From: an uncultured Rhizobacter sp.
GTDB lineage: Bacteria; Pseudomonadota; Gammaproteobacteria; Burkholderiales; Burkholderiaceae_C
Assembly: GCA_964236395.1 (NCBI GenBank)
Contig: CAXSEJ010000001.1
Span: forward strand, 1 to 37,117
Length of the DNA: 37,117 nucleotides
Direction: 5' to 3'
A program made the translations under genes and the position numbers. Of this stretch, positions 9,665 to 19,130 are shown piece after piece (the stretch's first letter is position 1; every line of letters starts with the position of its first letter). The notes under the pieces are model-generated. The model did no database searches. It saw only the letters and a program-made list of their open reading frames with translations, and was not told where the DNA came from.

Positions 9665-10437
9665 GCGCCCCGGCCGGCACGCTCTACCTCGTGCCGAACA
9701 CGCTCGACTTCGGCGCGCCGGGCGCAGCAGTCGACATCGCCGAGCTGCTGCCGCTCGCCGTCCTGCGCACGGCGGCTCGGCTGCCGCACTGGGTGGCCGA
9801 GAACGCCAGGACGACCCGGGCCTTCCTGAAGCGGGTCGATGCCGCCGTGGCGCTGGCACGGCCGCTCCAGGAGATCGCCATCGTCGAGCTGCCGCGACCG
9901 CCGAAAGGTCGGCCGGCGGAGGCCGCCGACTCGGCACGCACGACCCAGGCGCTGCTCTCGCCGGCCCTGGCGGGCCATGACATGGGCCTCATCTCCGAAG
10001 CCGGCCTGCCGGCCGTCGCCGATCCGGGCGCGCTGCTGGTTGCGGCGGCGCATTCGGCCGGCGTGCGGGTCATCGCCCTGCCCGGTGCCAGCTCATTGGC
10101 GCTCGCTGTCGCCGCGAGCGGGCTCAACGGGCAGAGCTTCGCCTTCGTCGGCTACCTGCCGGTGGATACCAGCGCCCGCACGGCACGCATCCGCGAGCTC
10201 GAAAGCCAGTCGCGGCGGGCGAGGCAGACGATCGTGACGATCGAGACGCCCTACCGCAATCAGGCGCTGCTCGACGCCCTCGTGGCACAGCTCCAGCCGG
10301 CCACCCTGCTTGCGGTGAGCGTCGGGCTCACGCTCGCTTGCGAGTTCACGCGCAGCGGGCCCGTTTCGGCGTGGCGGGCGTCGCCGGCCGCGCTGCCGGG
10401 CGACGTGCCGGCGGTGATGTCGTTCCTGGCCCGCTGA
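9661..10437 (+). CDS. Tetrapyrrole-methylase-fold SAM-dependent methyltransferase (RsmI-like)
   Basis: GTLYLVPNTL, GLISEAGLPAVADPG, ASGLNGQSFAFVGYLP, IETPYRN. ATG 9661 overlaps the maf stop (ATGA). Confidence 0.88.
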   Translation: MSAPAGTLYLVPNTLDFGAPGAAVDIAELLPLAVLRTAARLPHWVAENARTTRAFLKRVDAAVALARPLQEIAIVELPRPPKGRPAEAADSARTTQALLSPALAGHDMGLISEAGLPAVADPGALLVAAAHSAGVRVIALPGASSLALAVAASGLNGQSFAFVGYLPVDTSARTARIRELESQSRRARQTIVTIETPYRNQALLDALVAQLQPATLLAVSVGLTLACEFTRSGPVSAWRASPAALPGDVPAVMSFLAR

Positions 10438-10461
10438 GCGGCAGAAGCCCGAGCGACTGCG

Positions 10462-11988
10462 TCAGGTGTCGACCGACTCCGGCACCTTGGCGCCGAACAG
10501 CGCCGCGACCTTGCGCCTGGGCTTGATGTTCGGCGAGAGGCCGCGGCCGATCGGCGCGGCGCGCTTTTCCCAGGCCGGCTCGGCCGAGCCGGAGGCCGAC
10601 GGCTCGTACGGCCTGTCGAAGAACGGATCGCTCGGGGCGCGAGCCGCTTCACGAACGGGGCTGCGCGGCGGGGACGACGCGCGCGCCTCGCTCAACTCCG
10701 AGCGGGCCGGCGCGGCGCCCTCGTCGTCGCGCCGCGACCGCTCGCGGTACGGTGCGCGCACCGGCGCCGAATCGAGCTCGAGCGGCTCGATCTCGATCTT
10801 CTTGTGGATCAGCTTTTCGATGTCGGCAACGAGGCGCACGTCGCTGCTCGAGACGAGCGTGATCGCCAGGCCCGACGCGCCGGCGCGGCCGGTGCGGCCG
10901 ATGCGGTGCACGTAGTCCTCGGCGTTGAACGGCACGTCGAAGTTGAAGACCGCCGGCAGATCGGCGATGTCGAGCCCGCGCGCCGCCACGTCGGTGGCGA
11001 CGAGCACGTCGACGGTGCCTGACTTGAACGCCTCCAGCGCCTTCAGCCGCTCGTCCTGCGACTTGTCGCCATGCAGGGCGTTGGTGCGCAGGCCGTCGCG
11101 CTCGAACGAACGCGCCAGGCGAGCGCAGCCGAGCTTCGAGTTGACGAAGACCAGCGCCTGACCGAGCGAGCGCTCCTTGAGCAGCTTCAGCACGGCGGCG
11201 CGCTTGTCGTCGGTCGAGACGCTGTAGAAGCGCTGCTCGACATTGGTGGCCGTGGCATTCGCGCGAGCCACCTCGACCAGGATCGGGTTCTGCAGATAGC
11301 TCTCGGCGAGGCGCTTGATCTCGGCCGAGAAGGTGGCCGAAAAGAGCAGCGTCTGGCGCTGCTTGGGCAGGTACGACAGGATGCGCTGCAGGTCCGGCAG
11401 GAAGCCGATGTCGAGCATGCGGTCGGCTTCGTCGAGGACCACGTACTCCACCTGGTTGAGCACGCAGTTCTTGGCCTCGATGTGGTCGAGCAGCCGGCCC
11501 GGCGTGGCGACGAGCACCTCGACGCCGCCCTTCAGCTCGAGCGTCTGCGGCTTCATGTCGATGCCGCCGAAGACCACCGCGACGCGCAGCTTCGAGTGCG
11601 AGGCGTAGCCCTTGATGTTGTCGGCCACCTGGTCGGCGAGCTCGCGCGTCGGCGTGATGACGAGGGCCCGCACCGGATGGCGTGCCGGCGACATGCTGGC
11701 GTTCTCGTGCGGCAGCATCTTCTGCAGCAGCGGCAGCGAGAAGGCGGCGGTCTTGCCGGTGCCGGTCTGCGCCGCGCCCATCACGTCGCGGCCGGCCAGC
11801 ACGAGCGGAATCGCCTTGGCCTGGATCGGCGTCATGAGGGTGTAGCCCTGGTCGGCGACGGCGCGCTGCAGGATGGGATCGAGCCCGACGGCAGCGAAGG
11901 CGAGAGAGGGAGCTTCGGCCGCAGCCGGCGCGTCGTTCGTGAGCGTGTCGTTGAGAGAAGAGGCGTCTACGCCGGTGGGTTCAGTCAT
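10462..11988 (-). CDS. rhlE: DEAD-box ATP-dependent RNA helicase, RhlE-like
   Basis: Q motif [47 protein letters not shown]; basic low-complexity C-tail. Confidence 0.92.
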   Translation of the reverse strand: MTEPTGVDASSLNDTLTNDAPAAAEAPSLAFAAVGLDPILQRAVADQGYTLMTPIQAKAIPLVLAGRDVMGAAQTGTGKTAAFSLPLLQKMLPHENASMSPARHPVRALVITPTRELADQVADNIKGYASHSKLRVAVVFGGIDMKPQTLELKGGVEVLVATPGRLLDHIEAKNCVLNQVEYVVLDEADRMLDIGFLPDLQRILSYLPKQRQTLLFSATFSAEIKRLAESYLQNPILVEVARANATATNVEQRFYSVSTDDKRAAVLKLLKERSLGQALVFVNSKLGCARLARSFERDGLRTNALHGDKSQDERLKALEAFKSGTVDVLVATDVAARGLDIADLPAVFNFDVPFNAEDYVHRIGRTGRAGASGLAITLVSSSDVRLVADIEKLIHKKIEIEPLELDSAPVRAPYRERSRRDDEGAAPARSELSEARASSPPRSPVREAARAPSDPFFDRPYEPSASGSAEPAWEKRAAPIGRGLSPNIKPRRKVAALFGAKVPESVDT

Positions 11989-12062
11989 CCCGCGATTATC
12001 GCGCCGGGCAAACCCGCGGTGGGCACGAATACACTCGCCGTCCTCGCCGCCTGCCTTCTCCC

Positions 12063-13385
12063 ATGAAAGTCACAGTCATCGGCTCCGGCTACGTCGGCCT
12101 GGTCACGGCCGCCTGCCTGGCCGATCTCGGCCACGACGTCTTTTGCCTCGACGTCGACGCGGCCAAGATCGCGCTGCTGCGGCGGGGCACGATCCCGATC
12201 CACGAGCTCGGCCTGGCGGAGCTGGTGCAGCGCAATTCGGCGGCCGGGCGCCTGCGCTTCGACACCGACGTGCGCGCCGCCACCCTGCACGGCACAGTGC
12301 AGTTCATCGCCGTCGGCACGCCGCCCGACGCCGACGGCTCGGCCGACCTGCAGTACGTGCTGGCGGCGGCGCGCCAGATCGGGCGCCACATGGACGGGCA
12401 CCGCGTCGTCGTCGACAAGAGCACGGTGCCGGTGGGCACGGCGGGGAAGGTGCGCGAGGCCATCGCCGCCGAGCTCCGCGCACGCGGCGTCGATCACGGC
12501 TGCAGCGTCGTCTCCAATCCTGAATTTTTGAAGGAAGGCGCCGCCGTCGAGGACTTCATGCGGCCCGACCGCATCGTCGTCGGCAGCGACGACGAGCGTG
12601 GCACGGCCGTCATGCGCCAGCTCTATGCGCCGTTCGAGCGCAACCGCTCGAAGCTCATGGTGATGGACGTTGCTTCCGCCGAGCTGACCAAATACGCGGC
12701 CAACGCCATGCTGGCCACGCGCATCAGCTTCATGAACGAGATGGCCCTGCTCGCCGACGCGCTGGGCGCCGACATCGACGCGGTGCGCCGCGGCATCGGC
12801 AGCGACCAGCGCATCGGCAGCCACTTCCTCTACGCCGGCTGCGGCTACGGCGGCTCGTGCTTCCCGAAAGACGTGCTCGCCCTCGCCCGCGCGGCCACCG
12901 AGGCCGGCGTGCCGGTGCCGCTGCTGACGGCCGTCGACGCGGTCAACGAGCGCCAGAAGTCAGTGGTGATCGAAAAGCTCGAGACGCGGATGGGTGCGGA
13001 CCTGGCCGGCAAGGTCGTCGCCGTCTGGGGACTCGCCTTCAAGCCCGGCACCGACGACATGCGGGATGCGCCGAGCCTCGTGATCGTGCGCAGCCTGGCC
13101 GAGCGCGGCGCCTTCATCCAGGCGTACGACCCGGTGGCGACGGAGGAGGCAAGACGGGTCCTTGCCGGCGTGAAAGACCTCCGCTTTTCGACCAGCGCGA
13201 TGCAGGCGCTCGAAGGCGCTCACGCATTGATCATCGTCACCGAATGGAAGGAGTTCCGCAGCGTCGACCTCCATGCGATGCGGTCACTGATGCACGGCGC
13301 CTTTATCGTCGACGGACGAAACGTCCTCGAACCCGCCGCGGCTCGCGCGGCCGGCTTCGACTACTGCGGCATCGGTCGCCCGTGA
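12063..13385 (+). CDS. ugd: UDP-glucose 6-dehydrogenase
   Basis: [54 protein letters not shown]. Confidence 0.95.
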   Translation: MKVTVIGSGYVGLVTAACLADLGHDVFCLDVDAAKIALLRRGTIPIHELGLAELVQRNSAAGRLRFDTDVRAATLHGTVQFIAVGTPPDADGSADLQYVLAAARQIGRHMDGHRVVVDKSTVPVGTAGKVREAIAAELRARGVDHGCSVVSNPEFLKEGAAVEDFMRPDRIVVGSDDERGTAVMRQLYAPFERNRSKLMVMDVASAELTKYAANAMLATRISFMNEMALLADALGADIDAVRRGIGSDQRIGSHFLYAGCGYGGSCFPKDVLALARAATEAGVPVPLLTAVDAVNERQKSVVIEKLETRMGADLAGKVVAVWGLAFKPGTDDMRDAPSLVIVRSLAERGAFIQAYDPVATEEARRVLAGVKDLRFSTSAMQALEGAHALIIVTEWKEFRSVDLHAMRSLMHGAFIVDGRNVLEPAAARAAGFDYCGIGRP

Positions 13386-14498
13386 AGCCGGGCTTGTCGG
13401 GCGGCGGCCACCCAACACGAGCCAACGCGGCGACCGAAAGCGAAGAATCGACGCATACAGAAGGACGTACGAAATCGCAAAAAGGACAATGAAGGCGCCG
13501 AGAACGCGTGAGTTGTTCCACCACGTGACGGCCGGCGCAATGCCAAGCCCGCACACGAACCACAGATAGGGCGCAGTCATTGAATTGCGGCGCGTGAGGA
13601 TCTTCGCGTCCTGGCTGCCGACAGCCCAGCGCAACAGGCGCCGGTAGACGAGGCTATGAAGGTGCACGCCGTCGGCGAGCCCCATCGAACGCCCGCGCAC
13701 GAACTTGCGTCTGTACATCGAGAAGAGCGTTTCGAACACCGGGTAGATCGAGATGAGCAACGGGCACAGAGGCGAGACCGAGGAATTGCGGGCGAGCAGC
13801 AAGATCCCGAGCTCTGCGACGTAGAAACCGAGGAAGTACGCACCACCGTCGCCGAGGAAGATCAGGCCGCCCGGAAAGTTCCAGATGAAGAACCCCAGCA
13901 CGGCTCCCGCGCCTGTGAGAGCAAGAGTGGCCACGAGCGAATCGTCGACCTGGTTGGCGACGTAATTTATGGCCAGCAAGATCATCACGACGCACATCGA
14001 GGCGAGACCGTTGAAGCCGTCGATGATGTTTACGGCGTGGGCAATGCCAGCCGTTGCGAACACAGCGAGACAGGCGGCCCCCACTGCATACGACGCGATC
14101 AAGTCGAGCCCCCAAAGATCGGTGCGATTGATCGTGCCGCCGACCACGAATACGGCCAGCAGTGCTGACACGGCCGTAGCGACGAGTCGATAGCGTGGCT
14201 CGACGCGCTTCGAGATGTCTTCGAAGAGACCGCTGGCGAACGCCGGCATGCCACAGATCAGGAGCAGTGCCGCGAATCGCTGTTGGCTTTCGCCCTGGAC
14301 GAACTCGAGCGCAACCACCGCAGCCAGCAGACCGAAGGCAATGCCGATGCCGCCGACCCGTGGCACCGCACGGGTGTGAAATTTTTGAGGCCCGCGAAAG
14401 TCGGTGTCTGCCGAAAAACGAGCATGTCGGTGACTTGACCGAATGATCAGCAGCGTGCTGATGGCAGCGACCGCGAACGACAACATGAACAGCAGCAT
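13284..14498 (-). CDS. MraY/WecA-family polyprenyl-phosphate HexNAc-1-phosphate transferase (probable initiating enzyme)
   Basis: Polytopic membrane protein with KFH...[44 protein letters not shown]. Start set at ATG 14498. The 3' end overlaps ugd by 102 bp. Confidence 0.88.
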   Translation of the reverse strand: MLLFMLSFAVAAISTLLIIRSSHRHARFSADTDFRGPQKFHTRAVPRVGGIGIAFGLLAAVVALEFVQGESQQRFAALLLICGMPAFASGLFEDISKRVEPRYRLVATAVSALLAVFVVGGTINRTDLWGLDLIASYAVGAACLAVFATAGIAHAVNIIDGFNGLASMCVVMILLAINYVANQVDDSLVATLALTGAGAVLGFFIWNFPGGLIFLGDGGAYFLGFYVAELGILLLARNSSVSPLCPLLISIYPVFETLFSMYRRKFVRGRSMGLADGVHLHSLVYRRLLRWAVGSQDAKILTRRNSMTAPYLWFVCGLGIAPAVTWWNNSRVLGAFIVLFAISYVLLYASILRFRSPRWLVLGGRRPTSPASRATDAAVVEAGRASRGGFEDVSSVDDKGAVHQ

Positions 14499-14613
14499 CG
14501 GCGCGAGTGTATGGACACTGCGATGACTGCGACGACAACTTTGCATGGTCAGGGCATGGAGAGGCCAGGGATACACTGTCCGATTCAACAGCGCCAGTGC
14601 GTTCTACGATCCA

Positions 14614-16059
14614 ATGACTTCGATTTGTGTGCGGCCGGTCGTCATGGCCGGGGGAGGCGGCACCCGGTTGTGGCCGCTGTCGCGGGCGGGTTATCCAAAG
14701 CAGTTTCTTGCACTCGCGGGCACGGAGACGCTGTTTCAGGCGGCTGTGAACCGAGTCGGTTCACTCGATGCAGACTGCCTCGTCGGCAGCCCGATCATCG
14801 TGGGCAACGACGAGCATCGCTTCCTCGTGCTCGAGCAGTTGCGCGAGCTCAAGCTCGCTTCCAAGGCAACCCTGCTTCTCGAGCCGGCCGGGCGCAACAC
14901 CGCGCCAGCCTTGACGCTCGCCGCATTGCAGGCGAGTGAAAGCGGCGCCGACGACGTGCTTGTCGTCGTTCCGTCGGACCAGACAGTGACAGACCTCGCC
15001 GCCTTTCGCAAGGCTGTTTCGGCCGCCGTGCGTGTGGCTGCCGCGGGGGCGATCTGCATTCTCGGCATCCGGCCGGTTCGGCCGGAAACAGGCTACGGCT
15101 ACATCCTCGCCTACGGCGGGAGCGCCGACGAGGCGGCCCTCGTCGAACGCTTTGTCGAGAAGCCCGACGCAGCGACGGCGGCCATGTACGTCGCTGACGG
15201 CAGCTACTACTGGAACAGCGGCATGTTCGTGGTGCGCGCCTCGGACTGGCTGAACGCGCTGCGGCGCTTTCGGCCCGACATCCTCGACGCCGTGCAGGCC
15301 GCCTGGCAAGCCCGCACGACCGATGCGCAGTTCGTGCGTCCCTCCCGGGAGGCCTTCGCCGCCGTGCCCTCCGAGTCCGTCGACTACGCGGTCATGGAGC
15401 ACTGCCCCGGCACGGACATCGGCCTGCGCATGATGCCCTTGGCCGCCGGATGGAACGACCTGGGCGCATGGGACGCGGTCTGGCAGGTGGCGCTCAAGGA
15501 CGCGGACGGCAATTCGTCAGTGGGCGACGTGCTCGTTCACGACTCCCGCAACACACATGTGCACGCCAGCGGCCGCCTCGTCGCCTTGGTCGGCCTCGAC
15601 GATGTCGTCGTCGTCGAGACCGCCGACGCCGTGCTGGTGGCTCACCGCAGCCGCAGCCAGGACGTGAAGAAGATCGTCGCGACGCTCGGCGATCGCAATC
15701 GTGGCGAGCACGCGCTGCATCGCAAGGTGCACCGTCCGTGGGGGTGGTACGACAGCATCGACAACGGCGGCCGCTTTCAGGTCAAGCGCATCATGGTCAA
15801 TCCGGGCGCCAGCCTCAGTCTGCAGATGCACCACCACCGCGCCGAGCATTGGATCGTCGTCTCCGGGACGGCCGAGGTGACCAACGGCGAGAAGGTGATT
15901 CTGCTGAGCGAGAACGAGAGCACCTTCATTCCGCTCGGCCAGACGCACCGGCTGGCCAACCGGGGCCGCATGCCGCTCGAGATCATCGAGGTGCAGTCGG
16001 GTTCCTATCTCGGGGAGGACGACATCGTCCGCTTCGAGGACACCTACGGAAGAAGCTGA
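14614..16059 (+). CDS. manC: Mannose-1-phosphate guanylyltransferase / mannose-6-phosphate isomerase
   Basis: PVVMAGGGGTRLWPLSR...PKQF, EPAGRNTAPA, FVEKPD, WNSGMF, WNDLGAW, C-terminal cupin VHRPWG...SLQMHHHRAEHW. Confidence 0.96.
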   Translation: MTSICVRPVVMAGGGGTRLWPLSRAGYPKQFLALAGTETLFQAAVNRVGSLDADCLVGSPIIVGNDEHRFLVLEQLRELKLASKATLLLEPAGRNTAPALTLAALQASESGADDVLVVVPSDQTVTDLAAFRKAVSAAVRVAAAGAICILGIRPVRPETGYGYILAYGGSADEAALVERFVEKPDAATAAMYVADGSYYWNSGMFVVRASDWLNALRRFRPDILDAVQAAWQARTTDAQFVRPSREAFAAVPSESVDYAVMEHCPGTDIGLRMMPLAAGWNDLGAWDAVWQVALKDADGNSSVGDVLVHDSRNTHVHASGRLVALVGLDDVVVVETADAVLVAHRSRSQDVKKIVATLGDRNRGEHALHRKVHRPWGWYDSIDNGGRFQVKRIMVNPGASLSLQMHHHRAEHWIVVSGTAEVTNGEKVILLSENESTFIPLGQTHRLANRGRMPLEIIEVQSGSYLGEDDIVRFEDTYGRS

Positions 16060-16061
16060 CC

Positions 16062-17237
16062 TTGCTCCTGACCTCGCGAAGCCTCCGCATCGCCGCCACA
16101 TTGCTGGCGGCCGCCCTGAGCGCCTGCACGACCATCCCGAATGTGGGACCGAGCACGTCGTCAGTGGAAGGCTCGGCCGGGCAGCCTGGCCCCGACGCCT
16201 CGCTCATCCAGGTCGTTCCGGTCGACGACGCGGTGGCCCGTCGCCTCCTCGTGCAGCGCAAGCAGCGCCTCTTCTCCGAAGCGCTCGGCGCTGCCATGCC
16301 AGAGGCCGGCACCATGGTCGGTCCTGGCGATGTGATCGAAGTCAACATCTGGGAAGCACCGCCCGCGACCCTCTTCTCTAGCGGCGCCACTTCGGATCTG
16401 CGCGGCACCACCTCCGGCTCTCGGGTCGTCACGCTGCCGGAGCAGGTGATCGACCGCGACGGCTTTGTCAACGTGCCTTTCGCCGGCAAGATCGCCGCCG
16501 CCGGACGCTCCATTCCGGCAATCGAGCTCGAGGTGGCACGCCGGCTGAAGGGCAAGGCCAACCAGCCGGAGATCCTGGTGCGCCGGGTTCGCAACCTCTC
16601 GTCGACCGTCACCGTGGTCGGCGAGGTCGGCAACAGCATCAAGATGTCACTGACCCCGAGCGGCGAGCGACTGCTCGATGCGCTGGCGGCCGCCGGCGGC
16701 GTGCGCCAGCCGGTCAACAAGATGACGGTGCAGATCACACGTGGCAGCGATTTCTATTCCATGCCCCTGCAGGCCGTGATCCGCGATCCGCGCCAGAACG
16801 TCGTGCTGCAGGCGGGCGACGTGGTGACGGCCATCGCCCAGTCCCTAAGCTTCACGGCCCTTGGCTCGACGGTTCGCAACGACGAGATCAATTTCGAGGC
16901 TCAGGGCATCACGCTGGCTCAGGCACTGGCACGCGCCGGCGGGCTGAACGACGCCCGCTCGGATGCACGCGGAGTGTTCATTTTCAGGTTCGAGCCGCAA
17001 GGCGCACTGGAGTGGCCGCGGCAGCCGGCAGCGACCACGCCCGAGGGCCTCGTGCCGGTGATCTACAGCGTCGACCTGCGTAACCCGAACAGCTTTTTCG
17101 TGATGCAGAGCTTCGCGATCAACGACAAGGACCTGCTGTACGTTTCGAACGCGCCGGCCGCAGAGCTGCAGAAGTTCCTCAACCTGATTCTGTCGGTGGC
17201 GTATCCCCTGCTGACCGGCTTTCAGTTGACGCGATAG
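16062..17237 (+). CDS. Outer-membrane polysaccharide export (OPX) lipoprotein, CtrA/BexD/WcbC type
   Basis: Inferred TTG start 2 nt after the manC stop. Lipobox LSAC, VGPGDVIEVNIWEAPP, VPFAGKI, LLDALAAAGG, LAQALARAGGL, LYVSNAP..ELQKFL. Confidence 0.9.
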   Translation: MLLTSRSLRIAATLLAAALSACTTIPNVGPSTSSVEGSAGQPGPDASLIQVVPVDDAVARRLLVQRKQRLFSEALGAAMPEAGTMVGPGDVIEVNIWEAPPATLFSSGATSDLRGTTSGSRVVTLPEQVIDRDGFVNVPFAGKIAAAGRSIPAIELEVARRLKGKANQPEILVRRVRNLSSTVTVVGEVGNSIKMSLTPSGERLLDALAAAGGVRQPVNKMTVQITRGSDFYSMPLQAVIRDPRQNVVLQAGDVVTAIAQSLSFTALGSTVRNDEINFEAQGITLAQALARAGGLNDARSDARGVFIFRFEPQGALEWPRQPAATTPEGLVPVIYSVDLRNPNSFFVMQSFAINDKDLLYVSNAPAAELQKFLNLILSVAYPLLTGFQLTR

Positions 17238-17321
17238 TCGCTCGTCCGCAGCGAAAGCACCGGTGGCTTCACACGAGCCATCGCGAGGCGGCAGGAACTG
17301 AGCCTCGGAGGCGGCGGATCG

Positions 17322-19130
17322 ATGTTCATCTCGTACGCGCAAAACTTCGAAGACGTGATGCTCTGGCGCGCCTTCCACGACATCGAGAATGGCACGTACA
17401 TCGATATCGGCGCACAAGACCCCCTGATCGATTCGGTCAGTCTGGCCTTCCACGAGCGGGGCTGGAAAGGCCTGCATGTCGAGCCTTCCTCGCGCTATGC
17501 CGAAGAACTGCGGCGTCGACGCCCGGGCGACGTCGTGTTGCAGGTTGCGGTGAGCGACACGTCGACCGTCATTCCCTTCTACGAGATGCCGGGAACGGGG
17601 ATCTCGACGATCGACGCGAACATCGCCGCCGGACACCGTGCCCGAGGCTTTGCTGTCAACGAAACAGTCATTCCGAGCATTCCGTTGTCGACCGTCTTCG
17701 ACTCCTGCGGCTTCGACACGATCCACTGGCTGAAGCTCGACGTCGAAGGTGCGGAGTTCAGCGCACTGTCGAGCTGGGGCTCGGGAGCGAGGCGTCCGTG
17801 GGTGTTGGTGATCGAAAGCACGCTTCCCCTGTCGCAGGTGGACTCGAGTGAGCTCTGGGAGCCGCTGCTTGTCGCTCGTTCCTATGAGCGCGTCTATTTC
17901 GACGGCTTGAACCGCTACTACGTCGCCGCTGAACACAGCGAGCTGAAGGCGGCGTTCAGCGCGCCTCCCAATGTGTTCGATGCCTTCGCCATCAACGGTA
18001 CCGCGAGCTCGTCGATCCACTGTGCCTTGGCGGAGCGCCATCGCGGCGAGATGGCCGACAGCGCGGCACGGTTCCATCAAGCCGCGGAGTTGCAGCGCCT
18101 CGAGATCGCGCAGGTTGAACGCCGGCTCGCCGACAGCGAAGCGAAGCTCGAGGATGTGCGCAAGCAGCTCGGTGGGCAGCTGGATCTGGCATTGCAGGCC
18201 CACCTCGAGTCCCAGGCCCAGGCGGCACGTGACTTGCAGATGCATTGTCTCGAAGCGAGCAACGCAAGGGCGGAAATGGCGGTCATCGAGGCAGGCCACG
18301 CCGAGGAACTGGCGGCTCAGGCTTCGCACCTTGCGGCCCTGCGAGCGGGGCAAGACGAACATCGTCGAGAGACGGCGCTCCATCGCCTCGAGATCGAAGG
18401 CTGTCGTGCCGATGTTGCCGCCCTTTCGAGCCTGTGCGAAGACCAGCAGAAGCAGCTCGAGCGCAGGCGCGGCTACCTCGAAACACTCCGCAAAGGCCCG
18501 GCCGCACTGATGCTTGCCCTCTTGGGTCATCCTGTGCCGCTCACTCGGATCGGGCTGGTGCAGCGCCCGGCAGCCAGCGGCCGCACGACCTCACGCGCGG
18601 CCCGGGGTTCCAGAGCTGACGGCGCAAGTCGCGCCCAGCCGGACATCGGCACTCTCGACGACTTGCTTGTTCTCAACGACGCCGATTTCGTACAGGCGGC
18701 CTACCGCAGTCTTTTGCACCGCGAACCTGACGTTTCCGGCGAGCAAAACTACATCGGCATGCTTCGCTCAGGTCACGATAAAGTGCGAATACTGCGCGGC
18801 ATGGCTCGATCGGAAGAGGGCCGGCGGGCCGGGGTCGAGGTTCCCGGCCTTCGATTCGCCATGGCGAAGAGCGCGATTTCGAGACTGCCTTTCGTCGGCG
18901 CGCTGGTCGGCTTCGTGACTCTGCTGGTGCAGCAGCCGACACCGCGTGATGCGGCTGCCGCCTACCGAAGCCAGTCGACCGGGATGCACCGAGCGATCCT
19001 GGAGGCCACCGGCGAAATCGAGAACACGCTGTGGCAGCTTCACCAGCGGCAGATCGAGATGGAGCACAGCTTGCGTCACCTGACAGATCAGCCTGCGATC
19101 GGCGTCTCCCACGCCGAAGTTTCTCGATGA
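17322..19130 (+). CDS. FkbM-family methyltransferase fused to a long coiled coil and a C-terminal DUF4214-like module (WbdD-like architecture)
   Basis: FISYAQNFEDVMLWR, YIDIGAQDP..DSVS, IHWLKLDVEGAE, RPWVLVIE, DGLNRYY. Residues ~235-390 are A/E/L/Q/R-rich. C-terminus has FVQAAYRSLLHREPDVSG and a hydrophobic/amphipathic stretch. Confidence 0.82.
   Translation: MFISYAQNFEDVMLWRAFHDIENGTYIDIGAQDPLIDSVSLAFHERGWKGLHVEPSSRYAEELRRRRPGDVVLQVAVSDTSTVIPFYEMPGTGISTIDANIAAGHRARGFAVNETVIPSIPLSTVFDSCGFDTIHWLKLDVEGAEFSALSSWGSGARRPWVLVIESTLPLSQVDSSELWEPLLVARSYERVYFDGLNRYYVAAEHSELKAAFSAPPNVFDAFAINGTASSSIHCALAERHRGEMADSAARFHQAAELQRLEIAQVERRLADSEAKLEDVRKQLGGQLDLALQAHLESQAQAARDLQMHCLEASNARAEMAVIEAGHAEELAAQASHLAALRAGQDEHRRETALHRLEIEGCRADVAALSSLCEDQQKQLERRRGYLETLRKGPAALMLALLGHPVPLTRIGLVQRPAASGRTTSRAARGSRADGASRAQPDIGTLDDLLVLNDADFVQAAYRSLLHREPDVSGEQNYIGMLRSGHDKVRILRGMARSEEGRRAGVEVPGLRFAMAKSAISRLPFVGALVGFVTLLVQQPTPRDAAAAYRSQSTGMHRAILEATGEIENTLWQLHQRQIEMEHSLRHLTDQPAIGVSHAEVSR

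Noticed and set aside
14541-14577. TTGCAT...TACACT as a sigma-70 promoter for manC
   Set aside because: The spacer is 25 nt; only the -10 box is plausible.
17295-17325. GGAACT as a possible sigma-E -35 upstream of the FkbM gene
   Set aside because: No matching -10 element at 16-17 nt spacing.
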